NCBI GenBank assembly: GCA_014240055.1
Contig: JAAZXP010000003.1
Coordinates: forward strand, 10,600-58,095
Length of the DNA: 47,496 nt
Reading direction: 5' to 3'
DNA from: Methanobacteriota archaeon
GTDB taxonomy: Archaea; Thermoplasmatota; Poseidoniia; MGIII; CG-Epi1
In this document: in pieces, positions 16,206-24,628 of the stretch
How the letters are laid out: the number at the start of each line of letters is the position of its first letter
Numbering within the stretch: the stretch's first letter is position 1
Notes under the pieces: model-generated
What the model saw: the letters and a program-made list of their open reading frames with translations, nothing else
Database searches by the model: none
What the model was told of the DNA's origin: nothing
Made by a program: the position numbers and the translations under genes

Positions 16206-17396
16206 ATGAAACTTCCTAATAGAAGTACATTTTCAAAATATTGGGATTTAAATCCTAAAACAGTTTTTCTCAATCATGGTTCTTTTGGTGCATGTCCAAG
16301 AGCAGTCCTTGACTACCAACAGGAGTTAAGAAACCAATTAGAAAGAGATCCGGTTCACTTCTTAGATGTTACTTCTAAAGAGTTATGGGCTATAGCAATA
16401 GAAACACTTTCCAATTTTGTTAATGCAGATAAAGAAGGAATGACATTTGTTTCCAATGCAACTTCTGGTGTTAACACAGTATTAAGGTCATTAGAGCTAC
16501 AACCAGGAGATGAGATACTTGTTTCAGATCATGCATATCAAGCATGTTGGAATACAGTAGATTTTGTTACTAAAAGGGCAGGAGCAAAAACGGTCGTAGC
16601 TCCTATTCACTTTCCAATAGAAAATTCAGAGCAAGTAACACAGACAATTCTGAATTATACTACAAAAAATACAAAGTTAGCACTAATAGATACAGTAACA
16701 AGCCCCACAGGTCTGAGGCTACCTTTTGAGATCATAGTAAAAGAATTACAAGATAGAAATATTGATGTTTTACTCGATGCAGCACACGGGCCAGGTATAG
16801 TAAATCTTAATTTTAAAAATTTACAGCCAGCTTATGCTACTGGCAATGCACACAAATGGTTATGCGCACCAAAAGGTTCAGCATTTCTCTATATTCGAGA
16901 AGATAAAAGAGAAAAAATCCGCCCTCTTTCCATTAGTCACGGAGCTTCAGTTGAAGGAAGTATAGATGAAAAAATACGATTAGAATTTGATTGGCCAGGC
17001 ACCCAGGACCCCACACCATGGCTCTGTATTCCTAAAAGTATAGAATATATTGGAAATTTACTAGAAGGAGGTTGGCCATCAATAATGGCCTATAATCAAA
17101 AGTTGGCAATCGAGGCACGAAATATCATTCATGAAGTTATAGAAACTCCGAAATTGTGTCCAGATTCAATGATTGTTGGTTTATCTGCAGTAGCATTACC
17201 TGGAGATGGAAGTATTGCGAAATCAGTACTAGCTCCAGACCCTCTACATACTTTATTATTTGAGAAATATAATATCCAAGTTCCAGTTTTTGGATGGCCG
17301 CACCATAATAGAAGATATCTTCGAACAGCGTCTTATCTTTACAATTCATTAGAAGAATATCATTATTTAGCTGAAATATTGAAGAAAGAAATTTGA
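16206..17396 (+). CDS. Class-V PLP-dependent enzyme (isopenicillin-N epimerase / Egt2-type C-S lyase family)
   Basis: FLNHGSFGACP, DAAHGPG, GNAHKWLCAPKG (PLP lysine), WPGTQD. Confidence 0.88.
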   Translation: MKLPNRSTFSKYWDLNPKTVFLNHGSFGACPRAVLDYQQELRNQLERDPVHFLDVTSKELWAIAIETLSNFVNADKEGMTFVSNATSGVNTVLRSLELQPGDEILVSDHAYQACWNTVDFVTKRAGAKTVVAPIHFPIENSEQVTQTILNYTTKNTKLALIDTVTSPTGLRLPFEIIVKELQDRNIDVLLDAAHGPGIVNLNFKNLQPAYATGNAHKWLCAPKGSAFLYIREDKREKIRPLSISHGASVEGSIDEKIRLEFDWPGTQDPTPWLCIPKSIEYIGNLLEGGWPSIMAYNQKLAIEARNIIHEVIETPKLCPDSMIVGLSAVALPGDGSIAKSVLAPDPLHTLLFEKYNIQVPVFGWPHHNRRYLRTASYLYNSLEEYHYLAEILKKEI

Positions 17397-17404
17397 CCGG
17401 ACAC

Positions 17405-17412
17405 TTTTAAAA
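17405..17412 (+). promoter_or_regulatory. TATA box for leaderless aIF5B transcript
   Basis: TTTTAAAA ending 24 nt before ATG 17437. Confidence 0.55.
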
Positions 17413-17436
17413 CTAGCTAATTTGCACAGAATCTCT

Positions 17437-19302
17437 ATGCGCTCAGATGACAACGAATTTGACGATTTGCCTGATGAGGATTCTGACGACGAGGAATCTG
17501 AAGAAATAGAAGAATCTGAAGTGGAAGATGAGATTGATCCCGATGCACCTTTACGTCAACCTATTGTTGCAGTATTGGGCCATGTAGACCATGGAAAAAC
17601 GTCACTTCTTGACTATGTAAGAGGAACTACAGTTGTTAAGAGAGAAGCAGGAGCCATAACGCAACACATAGGAGCTACAGAAGTTCCCTATGATACCGTT
17701 TCTAAGATATGTGGCCCGTTGTTGAAGGACGGAACAACAACACTACCTGGTTTGCTTTTCATAGATACACCAGGCCACCATTCGTTTACAACATTAAGAT
17801 CAAGAGGTGGAGCTTTGGCAGACTTGGCAATATTAGTAGTAGATATAACTGAAGGTTTCAAGCCCCAGACTATAGAATCCATAAATATACTAAAACAACA
17901 ACAAACACCTTTCATTTTAGCGCTAAATAAAGTAGACAAATTACCTGGATGGCGTACAAAGACTGGTTCATTTTTAGCCAATAATGCGAATCAAAGTTCA
18001 ACAGCAAAACAGACTTTTCAAAATCGAATGTATGAAATCATAGGCGCTCTTGGTTCCCATGGTTTTGATTCAGCTCTTTTCTCAGAAATAGAAGATTTTC
18101 AAAAAACAATTGCCTTAGTTCCAACATCCGTCAAAGAGACCGGAGAAGGAGTTCCAGAATTATTTATGATTTTAATGGGGCTCGCTCAGAGATATCTAAG
18201 AGGTAAATTACTACTAGATTACGGTTCTTCAGAGGGTACCGTTATTGAAATTAAAGAAGAGAAAGGATTAGGAAAAACATTGGGAGTTATAATCTATAAT
18301 GGAATTCTAAAGTCATCAGATACATTGATAATAGGTGCACAACCAGAGCCAATAGTAACGAGGGTGCGAAGTTTACTTCAACCTAAACCTTTGGATGAAA
18401 TAAGAGATCCAAGACAACAATTTGATAATGTAAAAATTGTTGGAGCGGCAGCTGGCTTGAAGGTTGTAGCTCCCAATATAGAGGGTGTAGTTGCAGGAGC
18501 TCCATTTTACAGTGCAGAAACAGATGAAGAGGTAGATGAAGCCTTAGACAAGCTTACAGATTCAATGAAATCGAATGTAAAATGCACAGATGAAGGTGTA
18601 GTAATTAGAGCAGATGCAATTGGATCGTTAGAAGCTTTAGCTTACGAATTGTCTGCAGCTGGAGTTCCTATTGTGAAGGCTTCAGTAGGGGACGTCTCAA
18701 GAAGAGATGTGGTAACGGCAGATCCTTCTGAAGAAGAATATAGATCAATTTTAGCTTTCAACGTTAAGATACATCCAGATGCAAAGAATGAATTACATGA
18801 AACAGGCGTCACACTTTTTGAATCAGATATTGTTTACAGGCTCTTAGAAGATTACCAAGAATGGAAAGAAAAAATAAAAGATAAGCAGGCTCAACATTTG
18901 AGAGATGATTTCGCACATCCAGGTAAATTTGAAATATTGGAAGGCCATACATTTAGAACCCGAGATCCGGCAGTTGTTGGCGTAAGGGTATTGGGCGGAC
19001 GTATTGCCTTAAATCAGGGAGTTTTACGAAATGATAATGCAGTGGTAGGGCATATCAAATCATTACGTTCAGGTGAGCAGGTTCTCAAAGAAGCAATTCA
19101 GGGTGATGAAGTTGCAGTCGCAATTAATAATGTAACAGTAGGTCGCCAAATATCAGAAGGTGATGTATTGTATATTGAAATGGACGAACGCGCAATTTTG
19201 AAAATTCGGGAAGCTGGTGTAAAATTGAGTCCTATTGAAGAAGATATAATTACAGAAATGCAGAAAATTAAGAGAAAAGATCAACCTTTTTGGGCTAGAT
19301 AA
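17437..19302 (+). CDS. infB: Translation initiation factor aIF5B (IF-2)
   Basis: LRQPIVAVLGHVDHGKT, EAGAITQHIGA, DTPGH, NKVD, GSLEAL; acidic N-terminal extension. Confidence 0.98.
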   Translation: MRSDDNEFDDLPDEDSDDEESEEIEESEVEDEIDPDAPLRQPIVAVLGHVDHGKTSLLDYVRGTTVVKREAGAITQHIGATEVPYDTVSKICGPLLKDGTTTLPGLLFIDTPGHHSFTTLRSRGGALADLAILVVDITEGFKPQTIESINILKQQQTPFILALNKVDKLPGWRTKTGSFLANNANQSSTAKQTFQNRMYEIIGALGSHGFDSALFSEIEDFQKTIALVPTSVKETGEGVPELFMILMGLAQRYLRGKLLLDYGSSEGTVIEIKEEKGLGKTLGVIIYNGILKSSDTLIIGAQPEPIVTRVRSLLQPKPLDEIRDPRQQFDNVKIVGAAAGLKVVAPNIEGVVAGAPFYSAETDEEVDEALDKLTDSMKSNVKCTDEGVVIRADAIGSLEALAYELSAAGVPIVKASVGDVSRRDVVTADPSEEEYRSILAFNVKIHPDAKNELHETGVTLFESDIVYRLLEDYQEWKEKIKDKQAQHLRDDFAHPGKFEILEGHTFRTRDPAVVGVRVLGGRIALNQGVLRNDNAVVGHIKSLRSGEQVLKEAIQGDEVAVAINNVTVGRQISEGDVLYIEMDERAILKIREAGVKLSPIEEDIITEMQKIKRKDQPFWAR

Positions 19303-19304
19303 TT

Positions 19305-20315
19305 TTAGTAATCAACTTGTCCGTAATAACGAAATAATCTTTTACCAATAGGAATGTTATTTTGATATTTTTGAATTTCTTTTTTTCCCATTTCACCCAT
19401 TGCTAGTTTTAATGAAAGATAAGGTGGACAATAATTATCTGAATAAATATAGGTCGAAACTCTAGGATTTATTTCCATTAGTACTCCTCCTCGAGTACTG
19501 ATGTCAACACAATAATCCATAGGTAGGTGTTCCATTACTTTTTCAGCATATTTAACCGCTTTTTTATCATCAATAAATTCGTAATTCATTCCGAGTCCTG
19601 ATGCAAAATTCATTCTAAGTTTAACTGAGCAAACTAACATTTCACCTTCTTGGACCACTGGGTCGATTTTGAGTTCTTCACCATCTAAATATTCCATTAT
19701 CATTAATTCGGGGATTTCTTTTCCAGAGACTGTGTTTTTTAATTCATCCATGGATATAAATTTAGCAAAAGGGCGGCCATTGAATAATAAATCATATCTA
19801 TCTGATTTTTCAGTCATTACTCTTACTCCTCTTGCACCTTTTCCTTCAGGTGGTTTGAATACAATATCTTTGTCAGGATATCCAAGTTTTAAAGCAGCAT
19901 TTTCCAATTCTTCAAATGTCCGAACTAAATAATATTTTGGGACTTCTATTTTTCCTTTAAAATGTTCATACATTAAAAATTTATTTTCACAAATATTGAC
20001 AAGTTCATGCTTAGATGCTAGAAGTTTACAATATTTTTCTATGGTTTCAGATGCTTTTGATAGATGAAACATTTCCCATGAAGTTTGGGGAAACACAATA
20101 TCGATATTGTGTTGTTTAACAAGTTCTATAATAGAATCCACATATCCTTTTTCATAAGCCCAGGGAACTATCGAAAAATCGTCACAAATCCATTTTCCGA
20201 TGGCCTGTTCAGTGGCATTTGTGCCTAAAATAAAGATGTCTGGTTCTTGTTTTTTAAGATTCGTAATCAGCGCATGCGCACCCGGGCATCCAACTCCAGT
20301 TAGTAGAATTCTCAC
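19305..20315 (-). CDS. ATP-grasp ligase (carboxylate-amine ligase type)
   Basis: ILLTGVG N-terminal domain, ENKF, FKP-x2-GKGARG, MEYLDG-x-E, EINPR. Confidence 0.85.
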   Translation of the reverse strand: MRILLTGVGCPGAHALITNLKKQEPDIFILGTNATEQAIGKWICDDFSIVPWAYEKGYVDSIIELVKQHNIDIVFPQTSWEMFHLSKASETIEKYCKLLASKHELVNICENKFLMYEHFKGKIEVPKYYLVRTFEELENAALKLGYPDKDIVFKPPEGKGARGVRVMTEKSDRYDLLFNGRPFAKFISMDELKNTVSGKEIPELMIMEYLDGEELKIDPVVQEGEMLVCSVKLRMNFASGLGMNYEFIDDKKAVKYAEKVMEHLPMDYCVDISTRGGVLMEINPRVSTYIYSDNYCPPYLSLKLAMGEMGKKEIQKYQNNIPIGKRLFRYYGQVDY

Positions 20316-21463
20316 TTTTCGTCACCAGCCTCGCCTTCTAACAAGTTTTTGTAGACTTTTAGCAATTTTTTTTCTTGTAATTCCCATGCATAATTCATTT
20401 TGAAAGCTTTGAATCCATTTTCACCCATTTTCTTTCTGAGCTCTTTATCATTTGATAGCATTGTAAGTGTATCAGTCCATTCTTCAGATACCAACCCGCA
20501 ATTGTATCTTTCAACAATTTTTCTTCTAGCATCGTAAGGTCCAACAATAGCAGGCACCTTGTATCCCATTGCGTCTAATAATTTTTTAGGAAGTGCATAA
20601 TCTCTTAATTTTCTATGAACATAATGCCCAACGATCAGAATATCGCAAGCTGCATAACACTCATTCATCATACTGTATGGAAGAGGCCCTGTGAATTTTG
20701 CATTTGCGCCCTTATCTTCAGCTATTTTTTCTAATTCTTCAATCATTTCACTGTATCCGCCTCTTCCTTTAGGAGGTCCTCCAACAATTAGTAAGCTAAG
20801 GGCATTAACTTTAGATGCAGAATCTATAATTTCTTCCAATATTGGTTTTCTTAGAGCTCCAATATATCCAGCTACAATCCCATCTAAACCAAACCTATGA
20901 TTTTCTACAGGCTGTTGAACCACTTCTAACGGCTCTGAATTGTATAGAACAGTACCTCCACCCAATCTTATAGCTAATTCATCTGAGACTGTTAAAACTG
21001 CGTCTATGCTATCAATTAGCTTTCTTTGCTTTCTTTCATAATATTTACCAATAAACCAATTTTGCACTATCTCCATATTTGGCCAGTCTTCATGAGAATC
21101 AAAGATAACTTTTGCATTTGTAATTCTTTTAACGTTTACTGCCACATCTAATACTTCTAAGTCATGAGCGTGGATAATATCTGGTTTATATTCTTCGATT
21201 TTGACTTCGAGTTGTTTCATGGCTCTTTTAAAGCTTCTTACTTTTGATAAAAATCCACCTTCTAAATCTTCGAATATTCTAACAACCTTAATTCCATTTC
21301 TTTCATCTTCCCATTTTGTTTCATATTTATCCATACGACGGGCCCAGCAAAAGACTGTAACTTCAAATCCAAAATTTACAAGACTCGTTGCCTCACGATA
21401 GACTCGAGTGTCCTCATTAGGTATGAGAAGGTCATGGCCAAGAATCATAGCTATACGCGTCAT
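20312..21463 (-). CDS. Glycosyltransferase family 4 (GT-B)
   Basis: DTRVYREA, DIIHAHD, FDSHE, P-x-KLLDAM motifs. Confidence 0.9.
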   Translation of the reverse strand: MTRIAMILGHDLLIPNEDTRVYREATSLVNFGFEVTVFCWARRMDKYETKWEDERNGIKVVRIFEDLEGGFLSKVRSFKRAMKQLEVKIEEYKPDIIHAHDLEVLDVAVNVKRITNAKVIFDSHEDWPNMEIVQNWFIGKYYERKQRKLIDSIDAVLTVSDELAIRLGGGTVLYNSEPLEVVQQPVENHRFGLDGIVAGYIGALRKPILEEIIDSASKVNALSLLIVGGPPKGRGGYSEMIEELEKIAEDKGANAKFTGPLPYSMMNECYAACDILIVGHYVHRKLRDYALPKKLLDAMGYKVPAIVGPYDARRKIVERYNCGLVSEEWTDTLTMLSNDKELRKKMGENGFKAFKMNYAWELQEKKLLKVYKNLLEGEAGDEK

Positions 21464-22230
21464 ATTATTTGATCTAACCTCACTTTAATCGTTTCAAACC
21501 CCTCTGCAAAGTCACTTGCTAACTGTATTCCTCTCATCTTCACAACAGACCTAAAGAACTTCTCATTAAAATAGGGATTGTGCTTTTGACTATCGTAACA
21601 ATCCAATGCTAAAATCTTCTTTTTGATATGTCGTTCTTTAAGAGGTATGAAGCAATTCAATGACACTGATAAATTATTCCATGGCAGTTCATAGCCAAGT
21701 AGAGTACAGTTTCTAAATGCTCGTTTAGCTTCTTCGGTTACAACACCATGATCTTGATGTATGTCTGTAGTTGTTGGTGTAAAAACGACGTCATATTGAA
21801 TAGATCTAGAGTGGTCATAGAGGGCCTGTAAAATCTCTTGACGGTCTCTAGGGAAAAAGCGCGTGTAAAAGTTTAGTATCTCATGAGTAACTCCCATTAT
21901 TTTACTAGATTCTGCAGCTTCTTCAACAAGATTTGGATATCTTTCAGCAACTGCACTGAAGTAAATAATATGCACATCCCATCCTTCTTCAATCATTTTA
22001 GCAATAGTACCTCCGCACCCTAGCTCAGCATCATCAGTATGCGGACTTAATACAAGAGCTTTTTTATTTCGAGACATTTCATTCTTCAAATTAACGGAAC
22101 TTCTCAAATCTTCACTAATATTTTGGTTATTATTTTTAGCCCTTTCTTTTAAAATTTTCCAATCATTAGCAAAATCTTCAGTAATAGTAAACAGATATTG
22201 CTCAGGTTTCTGCCCCTTCTTCCAAACCAT
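21460..22230 (-). CDS. PIG-L/LmbE N-deacetylase with N-terminal ribbon-helix-helix-like extension
   Basis: SPHTDDAELGCGG and DIHQDH metal motifs. About 50 extra N-terminal residues with a strand-helix-helix pattern. Confidence 0.88.
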   Translation of the reverse strand: MVWKKGQKPEQYLFTITEDFANDWKILKERAKNNNQNISEDLRSSVNLKNEMSRNKKALVLSPHTDDAELGCGGTIAKMIEEGWDVHIIYFSAVAERYPNLVEEAAESSKIMGVTHEILNFYTRFFPRDRQEILQALYDHSRSIQYDVVFTPTTTDIHQDHGVVTEEAKRAFRNCTLLGYELPWNNLSVSLNCFIPLKERHIKKKILALDCYDSQKHNPYFNEKFFRSVVKMRGIQLASDFAEGFETIKVRLDQII

Positions 22231-22253
22231 AGATTATATATGTTTAGATATAG

Positions 22254-22265
22254 GGTTATATAACC
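22254..22265. promoter_or_regulatory. 12-bp palindrome containing a bidirectional TATA element
   Basis: GGTTATATAACC in the 51-bp gap between divergent starts 22230 and 22282. Confidence 0.65.
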
Positions 22266-22281
22266 TTTCCTTTGGTCTTTT

Positions 22282-22830
22282 GTGGAAGATATAAATATTA
22301 CTAATTTTGAAGGCGTTTATGAACCAGCAGAAGACTCTTGGTTAATGTCAAGACATATTCCTAATTTTGAAGGAAATGTATTAGAAGTTGGTAGCGGCAC
22401 AGGCATTATTTCAATCCATTTGGCTCGAAGAGGGCATCAAGTTACAGCTGTAGATTTGAACCCAAAGGCAGTTCAAGCCACTAAATTCAATGCTAAAAAT
22501 AATAAGGTTAATATTGAAGTTTTAGAAGGCAATTTATTCAGTTCAGTTCAAAATCGTAGATTCGATACAATTGTTTGCAATCCGCCTTATCTTCCTCCAA
22601 CTGAAGATTATGATGATCCTGAATTAGCTTTAGCCGTTGAAGGCGGTCCTAGTGGGTCTGAGTTTACAATAAATCTTCTTACTCAAGCAAAAGATTATCT
22701 TAATTCAAATGGATCAATATATCTAATACTTTCAAGCAGAATGAAAGAGTTTAAAGTTGATTGGAAAAGGAAGGTTATCAAACAAGAAAAATTTTTCTTT
22801 GAAAGATTAAATCTGGTCCACTTTTTCTGA
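22282..22830 (+). CDS. HemK2/PrmC-family SAM methyltransferase (release-factor Gln methylase)
   Basis: VYEPAEDS, LEVGSGTG, NPPY, FFERL. Confidence 0.9.
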   Translation: MEDINITNFEGVYEPAEDSWLMSRHIPNFEGNVLEVGSGTGIISIHLARRGHQVTAVDLNPKAVQATKFNAKNNKVNIEVLEGNLFSSVQNRRFDTIVCNPPYLPPTEDYDDPELALAVEGGPSGSEFTINLLTQAKDYLNSNGSIYLILSSRMKEFKVDWKRKVIKQEKFFFERLNLVHFF

Positions 22831-23469
22831 TTTACTAAGCGAAAGTAATTTTAGAAATCGCATTAAAATCTGACCAAAAGGCAGTGATAATGCAGAGTAA
22901 ATTAAGATAGAATGTGGTAAAATCCACAATCTATCTGTTAAACTATAGTTTGGTTCCCATGGTAAAGACATAACTTGTAAGTCCATTCGATCGACAAAAT
23001 TATTTTCCCCAAAGCAGAGCCAAAATATAATAGGCATAGCAATCAACATAGTAAACATCATAGGCCTCATTTGGTTGGACATCATTTCACTTTGAAGAAC
23101 CATTACCTGAGGTTGCATAGTCATTAACTTATTCAAACGAGCATTATTTCCGCTACGTCGAGCTTCGCTCATTTCTTTGTTGTAGGCTGCCATTTTGGTT
23201 TGAATTTCAGCTACTTTTTCCCAGTCTATTAATATGTGGCGAATAATAGTCGTCAAAGAAATCATTAGAACGCCAGCAAAGAGGAATGTTAGTACGGGAT
23301 ATTCATGTTCAAAACCAATTTGAGGTTCTAGAATATTTTCAGCAAGATTCCCCATTCCAACTCTCATTTCCGGATTTAACAAGATGTAAACCATGAAAAG
23401 CATTGTTAGTAACATACCACCCATAGCAGGAGGTTGCACTTCCTCTTCAGAAGTATTTTCTTCGCTCAT
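22807..23469 (-). CDS. DUF106 / EMC3-TMCO1 (Oxa1 superfamily) membrane insertase
   Basis: TM, coiled coil, RPM motif and further TMs; conserved position after secY-adk. Confidence 0.85.
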   Translation of the reverse strand: MSEENTSEEEVQPPAMGGMLLTMLFMVYILLNPEMRVGMGNLAENILEPQIGFEHEYPVLTFLFAGVLMISLTTIIRHILIDWEKVAEIQTKMAAYNKEMSEARRSGNNARLNKLMTMQPQVMVLQSEMMSNQMRPMMFTMLIAMPIIFWLCFGENNFVDRMDLQVMSLPWEPNYSLTDRLWILPHSILIYSALSLPFGQILMRFLKLLSLSKSEKVDQI

Positions 23470-24002
23470 TTATTCAAAACCTTCCTGAATTGTTCAACGG
23501 CAATATCAACTTCATCATCATGGTTCTCTACGATAGAAACAGTTGCACCTACGATAGAGGCTGCAGTTGCAGCATAATCACGATTTACTTTTTGGTGCAT
23601 ATCAATGTCATCAGCATCTCTCAGTCTAGACGGATCCTTAGATCTTCTTCCTGCAATTTCCTGGGCTGTTGCTTCTACTAAAACAATAATATTTGGATTC
23701 AGTGCACGTATTGTCCATTCTGGCAATCCAGGCATGAATCCCGAAGGAGTTAAGATAGATGCATGCGTATCTACTACAACATCTCCCATTTTGGAGATCC
23801 TATCTCCTGCTTGTTTTTGCAAATCTTGTTGTTTCTCGACAGGTAATTTCCTCATCTCATCACGGTTGTCGACACCTTCTTTTTGAGCTTCTTCAAACAT
23901 AGTACTACCAAAATTCACAATTTTGTACCCGTAGTCTTTTGCAGCATTCATAACAGTACTTTTCCCTACTCCAGGAACTCCAGTTACAATTACAACACCC
24001 AT
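23466..24002 (-). CDS. adkA: Archaeal adenylate kinase
   Basis: TGVPGVGKST, VNFG, RDEMRKL, VDTH, PGLP. Confidence 0.96.
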   Translation of the reverse strand: MGVVIVTGVPGVGKSTVMNAAKDYGYKIVNFGSTMFEEAQKEGVDNRDEMRKLPVEKQQDLQKQAGDRISKMGDVVVDTHASILTPSGFMPGLPEWTIRALNPNIIVLVEATAQEIAGRRSKDPSRLRDADDIDMHQKVNRDYAATAASIVGATVSIVENHDDEVDIAVEQFRKVLNK

Positions 24003-24004
24003 CT

Positions 24005-24628
24005 CTATTTGCCTAATCGGTTGGGTTTTTTTAGGCTTTCTGGCAACTTAGTAAATATTGCAGGACATCCTTTAGCTAAATGCCAAGCAGGAATATCTTT
24101 TGTTACAACAGCCCCTCCAGCTACGAATGAGCCTTGACCAAGAGTTATTCCTGGCATCAAAGTCGCATTTGCACCTACAGAAACATCATCTTCAATTGTT
24201 ATTTTATCAAGTAAATATTCAGTTCTAAGTGGAGTTTTATCATTTGTTAGAGTTGCGTTAGGTCCCAAAAAGACGCGATTGCCAATTTTGCTTCCAGTTG
24301 GGATGTATACTCCAGTTTGGAAACTACAATTATCTCCAATTGTACAGCCATTATCAATAACTACATTAGTACCTATCAGGCAATTATTTCCAATAATTGT
24401 ATTTTCTCTAATTAGAAAATTATGACCAGTTCTAGTATTTTTCCCTATTATTGCAGTGGAGTAAATCGCGCCGGGCCTTATTTTGGAATTATCTCCAATT
24501 TGACATCCGGCGATACTCTCCGGATTACTTTTCAGTAAATTCAGTTCAGCATTATGTGGATAACCAATTAATGCCTCAGAGTCAATAAAACAAGAATTTC
24601 CTATTTTAGAATTGCCGAAAATTGGCAT
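24005..24628 (-). CDS. Hexapeptide-repeat (left-handed beta-helix) N-acyltransferase, WbpD-like
   Basis: Repeated IG-x4 hexapeptides, GHN, FLGPNATLTND-x2-P, AGGAVVTKDIP, GCPA. Confidence 0.88.
   Translation of the reverse strand: MPIFGNSKIGNSCFIDSEALIGYPHNAELNLLKSNPESIAGCQIGDNSKIRPGAIYSTAIIGKNTRTGHNFLIRENTIIGNNCLIGTNVVIDNGCTIGDNCSFQTGVYIPTGSKIGNRVFLGPNATLTNDKTPLRTEYLLDKITIEDDVSVGANATLMPGITLGQGSFVAGGAVVTKDIPAWHLAKGCPAIFTKLPESLKKPNRLGK

Noticed and set aside
19305-20315. Pyrrolysine biosynthesis (PylC) or carbamoyl-phosphate synthase
   Set aside because: Generic single ATP-grasp domain; no pylB/D/S/T, no carA and no in-frame TAG genes seen.
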